From Chlorokybus atmophyticus (taxonomy: Eukaryota > Plantae > Mesostigma and Chlorokybus algae): a DNA stretch of 64,000 nt. The notes below the pieces were generated by a model that was not told the DNA's origin, made no database searches, and worked only from the letters and a program-made list of their open reading frames with translations. The position numbers were made by a program, and so were the translations under genes. The stretch covers positions 1 through 64,000 of the forward strand of contig RHPI01002204.1 of assembly GCA_009103225.1 (NCBI GenBank), read 5' to 3'. Below are positions 37,047 to 51,425 of the stretch, one piece after another. Positions within the stretch are counted from its first letter, which is position 1, and each line of letters starts with the position of its first letter.

Positions 37047-40000
37047 CGCGGTAAACAGGTCAGCTCAGTTCCTCTCGCCGTCTGTGCTGGCATCATCAGT
37101 TAGGAGGCAGCATAGAGGGGCTCGGCTCTGGTCCCGCCCAAGTCAGCCCCGAGGTGGCACTGTCACTGTCGGTGTTAGTCACTGCAGCAAGAAGGCTGGT
37201 GGGCTAGGCTTTGGACTTGGGGTTTGGGCTTGCGCTGATCAAGGAGGAGAAGGAGGCGGACAAGAACAAGGCGGAGAGCATGCAGGGTTAGGCGACAGCT
37301 GGCAGCATGAGCAGGAGGCTGAGCAGCAAAACAAGGCTGACTTCTTTGTCACTGAAAAAGAAAAGAAAGCAGACCCGTCTTGGCAGGTAAATACGTATAC
37401 GCGCAAGATCACTCAATGGTGTGCATGCCTTGTTGTGTATGTGTTATAGACTGTTGTGTCGCTGCCATGCATGCAATGCAGGGTGCAATGCTGGCATGCA
37501 ATCACCATGCAACACAAGCTCAATGGCTGTGCAAATCAACTTAACCATACTTGTTTCAAGGTGACATGGGAGATGTCTACGGAGCATGATGATGATGATG
37601 ATGATTATGATGTTGGTGACGTTGTTGGCAAAGACAAGTTCGAGGAGGAGAGGCAGAAGAAGAGCCCGAAGCTTGAGCTGAACGAGCTGGAGCTGGAGCT
37701 GGAGCAGTTGTTGGATTTCCTGGCAAAACGGAAGGAGCTAAACCCACAAGACAAGGAAGACGTGGAAACCAGCTACGATAACCGTTGTCGTGACGAAGAG
37801 AAGGAGCATGACAATGATGAGGAGGGTAGGAAGATAGCCAATCTGTTGGAGAAGTTTGAGGAGATGCGCTGGGCTCACTTGAGCAAGGTCTTGGAGGACT
37901 TGGTACAGGACAGGGAGCAACAGGACAAGAACCAGGAAAAGGATGAAGACATGAAGGAGAAGGAGGTGAAGACGGACGAGTCCACGCTTACGCATGCACA
38001 TGGGCGCACCAAACAGGGTGAAGGCGACGAGGAGGAGATGCAGCAAGCAGCCGGAGGCAGGAGGCTGTGGCAGTTCCTCTCTAAACTAAAGGCAAGTATG
38101 AATGTGGTCTCGGAGCTAGCAGCTTTTGAAACAAGCCTACTCCCCCAACCTACGCAGGCACGCATATGCGTGCTGCATGCATGTGCAATATGAAAGTTGA
38201 AAGGCAGGGTCCCAAAGAGCGGCAAATGCGTGCGTGTGCGTCTGATTCACGCAATCTATGAGCCAACATGTGTGCATGTGCGTGTTGTTTGGCATTGTGC
38301 GACACAATGGCAAGCAGATACACGAGCTGCTACCTCCAAGCTGGCCAGTGCTGCTGGCAGCCTGCAAGTTGCACAGTGTGCGTGTTGGGCCTTTCAGGCC
38401 CTGCATGCACACTGTGTGCCATCTGCCATGCAGCTACATGCAATCCACTGTCACTTGAGCTGTATGTTGTATGCTTGCCAACGCAATGTGATGACTGATT
38501 GTATGTGACCCCTGCTGCTCAGGATGCACAGGTGTTCTTTACAAAAGCCAGTGACAATGAAGAACAGAGCAATGCACCCAACACTTCCCCCGAGTCACGC
38601 AGTAACGCGCAGCGCTTGCTTGAGGAGCTCCAGCAAAATCTCATGAAGAAGGATGCAACTCAAACGATGTTAGAGACGGTTGTGAGCTCAACTTACATGG
38701 CGTTCGCAAGCGTGAGTTGTTGTGAGACATTGTTGTGAGAAACTAGCTGATACACGTGAAAGTGCTGATTGATGCCTGTTGCAGATGGGTGCGGCATATC
38801 TCCTCAACATCAATCCTCTGGGCAACATGCACTGGGATACGCAAGATATTGGCAATGCAGTCCTGTGGAGCATGCTGACAGTCGCAATAAACTCTGCCAA
38901 ATACCAGGCATGTGTGCGCGCGTGTGAATGCATGTATGTGCGTGTACGCCTGCATGTGAGCATGCATGTGCGCGCACGTGCATGTCGTGTCAAACTTACT
39001 ACTTGTGTCGGTGCACAACGTTTTGAGTTGTGCTCTTCCCCTTGCCTCCAGCAAAAGCCCACTTGCATGGCCTGTTGCCCACACTCACGTTGTGTGTATG
39101 TTGTGTCGGGTTGGTGTGGCAGCCCTTAGTGTTGAAGCGGCTTCCCGGTCTGTTTATCACGCGGCAGAAGCGCAAAGCAGAGCGGGCGTCCTTTGTGACA
39201 ACGCTCGGGCCCCTCACGCTCTTCGCGTGGTGCGCTCACGAAGCCATGTGCAGGGAGCTGTTGACCAGGGCGCTGTGTCAAGGGTGAGGCATGAGTCTGT
39301 GTTGGTGTGTGTTTTACAAACACTCTAAGTCTATTGTGGCGTTTGGCTCTGAGTGCGTTTATTGTTGTGATGGCTGGCAGGGGACTTGCAAAATTCCTGG
39401 CGTGGATCGAAGGCATCCCGCCTGCACCACTTGCGTAAGACTGCTTCTACTGTTGTGTTGTGAGAATAAACCAAGTGACAGCGTGTGTTGTCAGCATCGC
39501 TGTGTGCGCAACTGAACAACAGACTCACATGTACTGACTGCATGCCTGAGAGGCAGTTGTGCACGTGCATGGTTTGTACGAGGCTCAAAAGGCTCAACTT
39601 AGCTAGTTTGTTAATGCATGCATGGATCACACTTGGTGGCTGTGACTGCTAGTTTGTTACTCCCAGGGGTTTGGACGTGACGGCTCTCCCTGCCTGGCGG
39701 ATTGCAGCTAGCTTTCAGGGGCTATTGCTGTACCCGGTGATTCACCTGACCAACAGCGCCGACAAGGAGCCCCCCATCATCATCATGAACCCATCGCAGA
39801 ACCGTGTCGGTGTGGGGAAAAGGGAGCTGTGGGATCACGTCAAAATCCTGGCAAGTGCTGCTCCGCTCTTTGATTCAACGAGAACACTTGATATGTACAT
39901 GTCATGGCTGTTGATTGTGGCATGCTGAAGCATGCCTAGAGGTTATGTATGTGCGCGTTGACGACTGCATGCACACAGGACTTGGCAACCAGCTTGATAT

Positions 40001-40223
40001 ATGGAGCGGAGTGGATTGTCACAGGCAATTTGCTGGCGCCTATCATCACGCGCACGATAACAATGCTTGCGGATGACTTGATGGTAAGTGATACCAATCT
40101 TGATACTGCCAGTGCTTGGCAAAGGGCAGCAGCCGTTGGTGTGTTGATGTTGGTCATTGTGGCTTGCACTCTAGTTGTGTGGTCGTGCAGGTTTTGCAAG
40201 ATGCCAAGCCAAAGAGGCACTGA
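37012..40223 (+). CDS. Probable plastid-targeted CAAX-protease-like (CPBP/Abi) membrane protein with acidic coiled-coil N-region
   Basis: Transit-like MAAAAAAAAAAVAV...; E/K-rich exon; MCRELLTRALCQG (EExxxR-like) and YGAEWIVTGNLLAPIITR (TGNLxxPIxxH-like). Confidence 0.65.
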
Positions 40224-40394
40224 TGGACGGAGTTGCTCCCGGGCTCAGCTCGTGTGAATATGTACACAACGTGTAAATATTGTTGGCTTGGATGGTTTGC
40301 CTTGGCTATTGGTTGGCTGCCAGGAATCCCAGAGGCTACGCTCCTTGTGCCGACATGCCCCGGCTGTGTATTCGTGTACATTGGTGTAGGTTTC

Positions 40395-40860
40395 TTTGTA
40401 TAGTTTCTTGTAAACTGAGACAGCCTGTGTCTGTTGACCCAGCAGTTAGAAACTGCATCTTGTTTGAGAGGCCCATAGCTGAGTACCTCGTGCCGTAGAC
40501 TGTCTTTAAACAAGTTGTCCATAAACATGCTGTGCTGCTCTGGCTTGGTCCCAAACCGGAGGCAACACGTGAGGTATATGTGTAATCATCTCTGTCACTG
40601 AAAGAGATTATGTACAGTTGCTTAAACAGTTCCTTGTCAACTAAGACAGCCTGTATCTGTTGACCCAACGGTTGGGAACAACTAGTTTAAGAGGGTTACC
40701 TTGTGCTATAGCATGTCTTGTACCGTTCATAACAAGTATAAACAACGCGGACGGCATATGCGCATGCAGATCAAACACAGCATGCGTGCTGCTCTGGCTT
40801 GGTCCCAAACCTGGAGGAAACAATTGAGGTATCTGTGGGTTCATCTCTGTCACCATCAGA
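40395..40860. repeat. Two diverged direct copies of a ~230-250 bp segment
   Basis: GACAGCCTGTRTCTGTTGACCCA at ~40419 and ~40645; GCTGCTCTGGCTTGGTCCCAAACC at ~40535 and ~40788. Confidence 0.7.
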
Positions 40861-41282
40861 GATGAGTGTATCATTGCGTTCATTGCGTTCATTTATGCCT
40901 TCTTGCAAGAAGGAACCACTACACTATGTACACACGTACATGTACATCGTATCTCCTCCACTCTGTCACGCTAGTGATACTGCCTTCTTGCAAAGCCATG
41001 CCAGCAGCACACCTGCACTCATGTGCAGTGCAGCACATGCGTGTGGTTACACGGCATTGCATTCTTTGTACACTGCTACTTGAATTCACGATGTGATTGA
41101 GCAGGGTGGAGTGGAAGGCATGTTGAACGTGTGAGAGGCACCATGTGCATGTACACACGTGACGTCGCATTCTTCATACACACTCGACACCCCTCTCACA
41201 TAGTAAGTCAGGGATGTACTGAATGTGCACCAATCAGTGCACAACAATTCCTAGCAACCAGACTGTATACCGCTGCAGATGG

Positions 41283-44200
41283 TCACGTCAAGTCAACAAC
41301 TTCATCTTCATCATCATTGTCTACAACTGTGCAGTGCTCTTCTACATCTACGCTCATGTCATCCACCGACCAGTATATTGGCTTCTTCTTGAGCGACACC
41401 ATATGCGCTAGCTGCTGCAGCTTCCGCTTCGCTTGCTCTCTGGCATGCGCTTGGCTCGCATCATCTGCATGCACACTCTTGGCTTCATGTTGCACGGCAT
41501 CGGCAGTCTGTCTGTTTGACACACAAGAAGGGTCCTCGGATGCAAGCGAACTGGTAATGGTTTGCTTCAGCTTGGCGGTGGTTACAGACGTGCATTCAGT
41601 GTCTGTTGGGTTTGATTGGTTGACAGTGCGCAGCGGTGGCCTTATGGGTGTGCAGGGCTTCTTGGCAATGTAAACAGGTGAGCAGTCATGCTTGACGGCC
41701 GCTGGCTTGGGCGGTGTCTGGTTAATGACTTGTGTTCTTTGCGTGTTGCTGTTGCTGAAAAGAGGGTTGGTGTTCTCCGTGGCTGGAGGCTCAGTGTTTT
41801 CTTGTTGTGGAGGCCTTGGTGGCTCGCATGGGGCACGCTCACCAGCTTGTGGCCTGATCCTCTCACCAAGAAGGTTTTCTAAGAGCACAATGCAGGCCTG
41901 CTTGGCCTTTTTGCCCAACGCCGCATCAGTGCTGACCTGCCACAAGCAACAACCAGCAAATTAGACAACATGCAGTGTCTGTGGGTGTATACGACGATTG
42001 AGTTGTGAACTTACCTGAATGCATGCTGGACAACCTCTGGTGCACGGGCACTCCTGCACTGTCTGCATAAGCCTACGCCAAAGGTCCTCAGCATCCTCAT
42101 AGGCCTGCAATGCGCAATGCCACGTTTCATCAAATAGTACGCACACGCAAAATGACTACTAAATGTGGAGGAGTGCACAACCGTTTCACAACGTTGGTGT
42201 GCAGTTAAGATACAAGTCTGCCACGCTTGGCCTTCACACTTGCCTTCAAGGCGATGCCGAAGTCGTCACCATTGGCGCCAAATATGAACACCTGTAAACA
42301 TGCCCACATGCTGTGAAGGCATGCTGCTTGGAAGCTCCTGACTACTGACCCGATGCAGTAGTGCAGCATCCCTACCAGAAACTGGCTAATAAGATACCTG
42401 CGGGAAGGCAGTTTGTTCGTGGCTACTCGTAATCATGATGCCCAAGTCGCCACGATCGCCTGCAACACAACAATGAGCTCCTACACCTCAACAACATGAA
42501 ACATATCCATCGAGCACCATGGTGGTTTCGACTTGTTTTTCTATGGCAGATTGCCACAACTCCTGTTGTCTGCAATCATGCTGTGCTTACACATGGCCAG
42601 GTTTGGCAAGATTCCAGCAATGGCGGTCTTCACACCCGACAGGGCGTCCTGCAAGTCGAGGTTGTTTGCTTGGAGCGCCTGCATGGCTACAGCAACATCC
42701 CACCACTGCCAGACAATTGCAAGTCAGTACCTGTAGCAGCCACAACAGCAAGCACAAAGATGGGTTGAAAGTCGCTTACAGTGCCAGACGTCTCAAACAC
42801 GACAGGTGGCATCGTCAGCGACCGCTCCACCAGCAACTTGTTTGATAGTATGTGCTTCTTCCTGAAACCGACGACCTGTTGTACCACCCTCACCTACGGG
42901 TGCAGACGTAACGCAAGAAAGGTTTCAATCTTGAGAGAGTGGCAGCCTTTCCCAACCTGCCTATTATAATGAAGGACCTGCCCGATGTGCACGCCAGTGT
43001 TGCCCGCACTTCTGGTGCGTGTTTGTTGAAGAATACTAATCTGGGCTTGGATCTTGGGCTCTGCAACAATGACTGCAGGTGAGGCTGCCTCATGACATCA
43101 ACAAACATTTTTGACAAGAGCAACAGACAGCTGATATGCACAGCGGGTGTACGCTGCAAAGACACCCAACCTGTGCTGATGACCGCGTTGCGTCTTGTCT
43201 GAGCAAGCGCCTTCTTTTGCGGCTCATCAAACGCGGTTATCTGCCATCAATCATGGCGCTGGTTGAGTGTGCTGCTTAAGAGTTGACAGCCTGCGTGTTG
43301 AGTTGCATCTTCCATCAACCTACCTCATATGTCATAGCTCCGTGATGAAAGAAGGCTCCTGGATACAGTGTTTCCGAGGCTTTGTTCCCCTCAACCTCCT
43401 CAACAAGTGATCCAGATTCGTCATACACCTGCAGTAGCACACATCAACTTGGCTTGCTATCGTTGTGATCAGACAAGAACCAATCGAAATAGATTACCTT
43501 GTAGCATTCGCTCCGCGTACGGCCACGGATGGCAATCTCACTGGCGTAGCTTTCTGAGTACCGGCCTCTGTACCTGTTTGTCAGCGTTGGTATACAATCA
43601 TAAGCATCATCGGTTGCTTCCATATGGCTGACAACGCAAATGATACATGACAATTGCATAGGAATGCCATACCCTTTGGACAATGCGTCGAACAACAGAT
43701 CACCGGAGCGCACCAGAGCATCGCGCACATTGAAGAAGTTGTTGCCAAATATACGGTAATCTTCATCTGTAAGCACATGTTATATAAAAAGGAACATGGT
43801 CCTTGCCCAAGGAAGCAGCGCCTGAACTTGCATGCATGCGGACACTGGCCCTCCTGAGGTGTATGAAAAGCACATACGCACCAGTCACGGGCACTTCTGA
43901 TGCAGCACAAGTAATATGCTTGCTGAGAAGCAATGGGTTTTCAGCATCAACCAGGGCCTTTTCGCAGCTTTTCACAAAGAGCTGTACGCAAACAGTGACA
44001 GAGATATATGTAAGCGGAGTGTGGCGGTTGCACACACAACTCTCAGCACAGACACACTCACGTCCTTGGGATGCCTCATGAAGTGCTGATCCCATGGTCG
44101 TTGATGCGCTAAAAAGACCGCGAGCGAAGAGCTGTTGCGGCGCCCTGCTCGTCCAGCCTGCATAAAGCCAAGTGTGATCACAACGACATAAAGGAATGAC

Positions 44201-47200
44201 TGTAGTTGTGGTTGGTGGCATAGCTGCCTGTGCACAAGCTTGCCTGCTGCCATAAACTGCTGATTGTGGTTGGAAGTCCAACATGAATAGTAGCATCGAG
44301 CTCACCAATCTGTACACATGTTTGCACAGTTCATCCGACCATGTTAATCGGTTGCTAAGCAGCAGAATGAGCAATGATGCACGCATGACCTGCACTTACA
44401 TCGATGCCCAATTCCAGAGCATTTGTGGCCACCACTGCACGCAATTGCCCGCTGGCTAGTCTCTGCAGTAGCGCAGAACACGTCATGCATAGCTAACCAG
44501 AAAAACCAATTTTGCAGCACTGACAGAGACACAATGCAGGTGATCGATAGATTGTGCATGGGTTGCATAAAGCAAAACACAGCTTACCTGTTCAAGGCCT
44601 CTGCGCTCTTCTGGCGAGTACCCGGCTCTGTAGCTCTCCACTTTTGATGCAAGATAGTCCATTTTCTGCAATCACACAACAACAATGTGGATATGAACAC
44701 CAGCCCCAACCTGCATCCTGCACATGCAAGCTTACCTTCTTCTTCAACAGGTCTCGCACGTTGCTGCAGATGATCTCCGTCAGCTTACGAGCCTCAACAA
44801 AGCACAGCGTCTGCAGTCCCGCGCACATGAGCTCCACCTGCAATCACAATAACATCAGCTCTTGAGGTCTACATGACCAGCGTGTGCACATGTGCATACC
44901 AGTATATCTGCAGCTTCCAAGTAAATACTTCGTGTTCCACTCTCAGCTTGCGTGCTGTCCGATATGGGAGGCTGCCAGCAAATCAGCTGCTTCCCGCCAG
45001 CTGGCGCGCCTGTGCCCTCCACCAACTCGATGCGTGGCAACGATGTCAGCTTCATCACCAACTCCTGTGGCCATGGAAGAGTGCAGAGCTCAGTGCATAC
45101 TCACAGCTGCATGTGCTAAAGATATTGACTCGACATAATGATTATGCGTCACAGAGAAAATTTTGCATTGCAAGTGCAGTGAGCACGTGATTGCAGTAGT
45201 GTTGGGAAGTGGAGTAAACTTGTCGGCTGAAAATGCAACGATCACCGAACCCTCGGGTTGCTGATGGTGGCTGAGGAGCATATGAACTGAGGCTCGGTGC
45301 CATAATGCCGACAGACGCGCAGAAGGCGCCGAAGGACACATCCCTGCACGCCAGTCGGTAGTTACACAAAGTAATCTCATGCCGCCTCAAGACCACTCCA
45401 ATCAAACACAATGTAACGCACCACGTGACTGCCGAAGACACCCTTGTAGATGTGAGCTTCATCAACAATCACGTACTTGAGGTTCTCAAAGAATGCTGTC
45501 CATGGCTGCAACAATGAATTGTGTTAACAGTCGACTCGATCAACACCAGCTCAGTCTGCAGCACTGAGCAAGACGCACCTTATGGTAGGGTAAGATACTC
45601 ACGTGCAGCATGTCAGGATTCGTCATGATAATCTGCAGGTGGAGATAAGCAAAGATGGACGTAAGAACCAGCATTTCTAATAAAGATCAGAGCTGCATTG
45701 CATGTTGACCACCAGTCATGCTACACGTTAGTGCACTTGATGACATTGTCAATGCAACCCCTCAATTGACTTGACTAGCACTGATTTTGCAAGCCATTTG
45801 ATTGATAGTCACTCTGTGTGAGATGAGAAATGTAGCACTCTTGGCAAGTCACCTGAGCCTTCTTGCGAATGTTTTGCCGTTGCTCGGTTGGTGTGTCACC
45901 GTCATAACTGCATACAAGATAAACTGTTACATGACAACCATACCCGCGCATGCACGCACATCTGCTGGCAGCTTATTGACCAAGCAACAATACTGCAAAG
46001 GCCTAGACCTGTAGCACTTGATTTGCTTTCGACCCAGCTTCAGGTCTTCCAGGAGGCTCTCTGCCAAGCACTCACTTGTCAAATTTGCATATGAACAGCC
46101 AGTATGGCAATCCAGCTGTACAGGCATCAGTAGCTCACCAAGCATGCGAAGCTGATCTCGGGCAAGGGCCTGCAACACAAGGACATGTCATCTGCTGGGA
46201 TTTGCAGGCGGATTGGTTGGTTGAGTCAACACAAGCCTTGCCACACACCACAGTACTCAACAGAGTTGTACCTTGAGAGGGAACAGAAACAAAGCTCGAG
46301 CTCCAGGCATGTTAATCAATGACTCCAGCACCTGTACAGAATGACAGAACTGCACAGTCAAACACTTGCTATTGTTGTGGCATGTGGCACTCTTGCAGTG
46401 CTTGCTTACAGGTACGGTGTAGATGAGACTTTTCCCACTAGCTGTTGGCGTTGCTGTGACAACGCTCGCACCATTCAACACGTGTTCCACAGCCTCAATC
46501 TGATGGCTATACAGGCGCTCTATGCCCCTGCAGGTGGATTTTTAAGCCTGTGGGTGAGCAGTGTACATGATGACATCGCGCATGCAGCCCGAAACAAACA
46601 ATACCTGTCCTTCAGCAGTGTCCAAATTTTGTTTGGTAAGGGGAGACTCAGCTCACGGTAGTCAGCAGCCCTAAAGCATGTGTTACTTCAGTTATTGCCC
46701 AGCTGTTGCATGCGTTACGGAAGATACACACCACCTACGCTCAGGTCATCAAAGCTTACACAGAAGGTCGCGACTCCACATGCACAATCTGCCCGTTTGA
46801 TGCCAGCTGTTGCAACCGCTGGAAGGCGTCCTGCACCTGCTGCGCGCGGTCAATGGGATCTAACGCATTTGTGTGCTGAACAGTTTGCGTATGCACAGGC
46901 TCTGACAAAGCACTTTTTCGCTTCCGCTGCCGTGCAGGCTTTTGTTTGCCTTTGGCGTTGTTGATGTTGTTGGTGATGGGGTTGGTTTCTGCTTTTCGGG
47001 CCCTACTCTGCTTGCCTCGTCCGGTCACTTTGGCTGGCTTTGCGCTTGCTTTGGGTGCGGGTGGAGTGTCTTGGCTATCAATGACTACTGGCCGTTTTCT
47101 GCGCTTGCGCGCAGCAAACACAACGTCTTCTTCGGATGAGGAGATTAGCTCAGCTCCAGACTTGACATTCACTCGTTGGGTGTCAACATTGCCATCCTCG

Positions 47201-48237
47201 CGCAGAGAGGGGAATGGTCGCACCGGAGTTTGTACTGCCTTGCTTCCGACCTGGTTAGCATAACGACCAATGATACAGTGTTGTGCATACTGATGACAAT
47301 TGAGACTACGCCACTGCTGCTGCTGCTGCTTATGGTGATACCAATCCATGAGTCACCAAGACAATGACAAGAACGATGACAATGCTTACAATGATGTCAA
47401 GGAATATCGCACAAACCTGCGATGGAATCCTGTGTACTGGATCGGTCTTGCTGACATACTGCGCTGCCTCATCGCTCGCTTCACTCTCCAGGACAACGGC
47501 CTTCAAGCATGAACAGAGACACATGAATACTGACACAGCTTTATGCTGGCAGCATTTGCACAGAGCGCAAACCTTTGAGCGTTTGGGCGGAGGCTCGGTT
47601 TTAACACCACCAGCATGATGACCCGAGACTCCATGACGCAATGCCAAAGCTGGATGATCTTCTTCGTCCGTCCATTCATCCATAGTCGCTCGGTCAAGAT
47701 CGTCCAACCGACATCAAGTTGGCTCTACACACGTATTCCCCTGTATCAACGCATAGACAGCTATTTCAGAACCAAAAACCGTCCATCTGCATGCGAGGAG
47801 AGCGACATCCTGAGGTGCAATAAGACAACACCGGTTAACATGGCATAAACCAACAGCATCCTTGTTACGGTTTTCTTGGCACAATTCATTACTAGAAATG
47901 TCAATCTCAAGTATACAGATTCTCACACACTGAGCTGTATGTGTGCTTCGTGCTGCTTGTTGTAGCGACAGAGCAAGTGCAATGCTGAGCCCAAGTAACG
48001 TGCTTAGCATAGTGGCTGATTGCTAGCTCACACCGTCATCAGCTGACTCGACTTGACACGGCATAGATGCACGCGCAAGGTTGTGCACTTCACCGATATT
48101 TGACGCAATTGACCAGTGTACAGCACCAACAAACAGTCCGGCAAGCACAACCCTACCTTACAGTGCATGCCTGGACACGCGTGAGCACAGGAACAAACAG
48201 CGTTCGCAGCGCAAACCGCCGTGTTCCACCCACCCAT
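41283..48237 (-). CDS. HRQ1: HRQ1/RECQL4-like DEAH helicase with DUF1998 zinc domain (5' exons uncertain)
   Basis: LYSHQIEAV...[19 protein letters not shown]|[37 protein letters not shown] and [12 protein letters not shown] appear in order. Confidence 0.88.
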
Positions 48238-48948
48238 GAAACCCTACCGCCAGCTGGCACTACCGCCGCCGTCGCCGCCCCCGCCGCCGCCTAGGGAGTG
48301 CCGTGCTCACATGCAGCAGGCAACGGCAGCCAAGTTTGAATGCTCCCGCCAAGATGTGAACGACCGATTCAAAACTTGCCTCGTAATAGGGCTCACGTTA
48401 TGTCGCCCAAGCCTGTGTGTCACAGAGTCACAGGCTGTAACTCATAGGGTTCATGTGTTCATCATGACTCGTTTTACAAGTTATAGTCAAGTAACATGAC
48501 GTAAATGGCTGAGCCTGCCCCCTTTGATGAAGTACACATATGAAATGTATTGGTTAAACGGGTAAATACATGTAATGTTATTGTAATATGTTCGTGGCCA
48601 ATATGACATATTATGAACATATGTTGTTGCTGTTCCTATCATTAACGTTTGATGTACTGCAGTACATAAAACGTTAATGACTACCTACTAGGCATGCGAA
48701 ATATGTAGTCATCACTATCAGCGATGGTATGCTACTTTAGTATATCATATAAGAGCATATATTTATGTATGGCGTTATTCGTGCTTAATTGATCATCCAG
48801 TTGTGTATCTATAGTATATGCGTAAATAATATAAGATAGAATGAAAGTATGCTACAGGTATAGTATTGTTCTATTGTGACATTGTATTATTTACCTTATA
48901 AGTGATGGTGTGTCGATTACATAGGTGATACATTCTCAAGTGTCCCCC

Positions 48949-49105
48949 NNNNNNNNNNNNNNNNNNNNNNNNNNNNNNNNNNNNNNNNNNNNNNNNNNNN
49001 NNNNNNNNNNNNNNNNNNNNNNNNNNNNNNNNNNNNNNNNNNNNNNNNNNNNNNNNNNNNNNNNNNNNNNNNNNNNNNNNNNNNNNNNNNNNNNNNNNNN
49101 NNNNN
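48949..49105. other. Assembly gap (N run)
   Basis: Run of N. Confidence 0.99.
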
Positions 49106-49158
<53 letters not shown>

Positions 49159-49200
49159 GCACGCACGCACGCACGCACACGCACGCACGCACACACGCAC
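49106..49200. repeat. (CA)n/(CACG)n microsatellite flanking the gap
   Basis: Visible in sequence. Confidence 0.95.
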
Positions 49201-51425
49201 ACGCCCCCCCCCCCCACAAACGAGAATATCCCTTTCATATACGTGATGACACATACGAGAAACGGATATCATGTATATTGAGGAGGAAGTGGTCAAGCGG
49301 CACCATCTCCTGAAGAAGGACACCCGCTAGTTATTTTAACCCAGAACACGCTCCCACACTCACACAGACACAGCACCCAGCAGGGATGATAAAGGGGCAA
49401 AGCCTTGAACAGCTTTATATCAAGCACTTTACACACATGTGGCAGACAGTACGCCGCACATAATGCTCATCACCTTTGACAAGTTTATATATTGACTTGC
49501 CGCTCGCCCCACCGAAGTTACCAATGTCTTATTAGTAGTATGCTATTTCCCCCTACATTGGACACTTCAAACTCCACCTCACCAACATCAACATGTACAG
49601 ATGTATACATCAGCGTCTGCATGTACTAATACCGACATATTCAGTACACGACTTTAACCTCAAAATATTCTATGCATATGCAACATTGCAATGCATGCGT
49701 TTGTGATGGCACATGTTGCCATCAATAGCTTCATGCTACTTGCAACAATTACATAATGGCTTGCTTATGCGAAAACACTGTCACTGACAGCTCACAGCTG
49801 CTTCTAGACCGTTACATATACTCGATAATGTCACAAGGAGATATTGGTCCCAAATGGCCACAAATATTGAGAAACGCCGTGCCAGTGCATATCAATGCTA
49901 TGAGTAACATTCCGTGCTGAGTATTATGATACCGATTGGATGGGCACACTTGACATAGCTTAACAAGCAGAACCGTCACTTTCTACTTATGCACCACTTA
50001 GCAATGTTGTCGTGAGTTACATGCAGCACAAGCTGGTTGCATGAATCATGATCCATGTTGAGGCATACAGATTGTAGTCATGTCGAAAATAGCACCAGCG
50101 GGGGAGCCGCGTCCCCGAACGGCAACGGTTTTGACCGACACCAGAAACCGCCCAGTTTCTGCCGTTATAAAGCGCCCATTGTCCAAAGCGTGTCACCACC
50201 CGCGAGAGTCGGGCCGCGACACCCCCAATGAACAATCAAATAACCTAAACGCGTGTTCGCCGCCGCCGCGGCCCCGGTCGGTCGCTGAAGGCGACGCGCG
50301 CAGCAGTGTGGTGGGAGAATCCGCTGTCGGGCAGCACGCGAGGACCGGCAGGCAAGCCGCGCCTTCTCTCTCCGCTGCACGGTCGGCAGTTGCGTCGACG
50401 ACGGAAGCCGCGCCCGTACCGTCAAGTGGTGACTCACCTAGCCAACCCCATTCACCTCGCCCGACTCTACACGACCCAGCTGACGTGTAAACGACCCCTA
50501 TCCCCTACCCTAGACACCAACTCCATTTCCGTCAACCAATTCTCTGTCACCGCAGCGGCGGCTGCCGTCGCTCACCACCCTTCCCAGGCATCCGAGTGCG
50601 TCGCTTAATAACCTTTTATGGGATGGGCTGGAATCAGAAGGTGCAGGTATGGCCTCGGACCCGCCATTTGGCAAGGTCGTTACAAGCCATTTAGGCTTAC
50701 AGATGTCCCGCGGCTGGCAGTGTGCATTATGCTTAGTCAAGGGGCAGCCCTTGCGATTTGCATAATGCGGGAAGATTGGTCCCTCAACGAGGAGCCGCGG
50801 GAAGTCGGTTATCACGTCAGTCGGCGCGGAATGAGAAGTCCAACAAACTGTTTCCATAGTAACGTCTGACGGGGAGGGAGTCGGAGATCAGAAGACCCGC
50901 AGGCTCGGAACTAGGCAAGGCTTTTTGCGTATTACCCCCCAAAAAAAACCCTGGAGCAGCGTAGCAGTCAGCAATGAGCCAAGGACAACGCTAGCGGACA
51001 ATTATAGGCGGCGGGAATTAGCTTGGGAGTGAGCTAAGCTGAGCTTGCGGAGCAGCGGGTTGCGGGTGGCATTGGGCAGTCGTAGCAGCGAGGAGGGCAA
51101 GGCGGCGAGGTTGCTGAGGCCGAGGCGGAGTTAAGCTGGAGGGTTAGGGGGAGAAGAGGGGCACTGCTGCTTGTGTACCTTATCCAAGGACAGGGGCGTT
51201 GCTCCCGAGGCTGTCCCTTACAGCACTGCCTCGGCATTGTGCTTCCGACAATCGTCTGCATTGCCTCCTACATTTAGAGGCGGGAGGCAGCTGCTGCTGT
51301 CGGCCCTAGCTGCTGGTGTGGTTGTTGAGGCTGTCTAGCTGGTTGCTGCTGCTCTGGTAGGTGCATTGGCCAAGCGGGCTGCGCTGGCTGGCGCCATTGG
51401 CATGGTCCAAGGCTGATCGGCGTCA

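Noticed and set aside
50080-50869. GC-rich ORFs of 80-136 aa
   Set aside because: Low-complexity translations in several frames with no family motif; probably promoter or UTR sequence.
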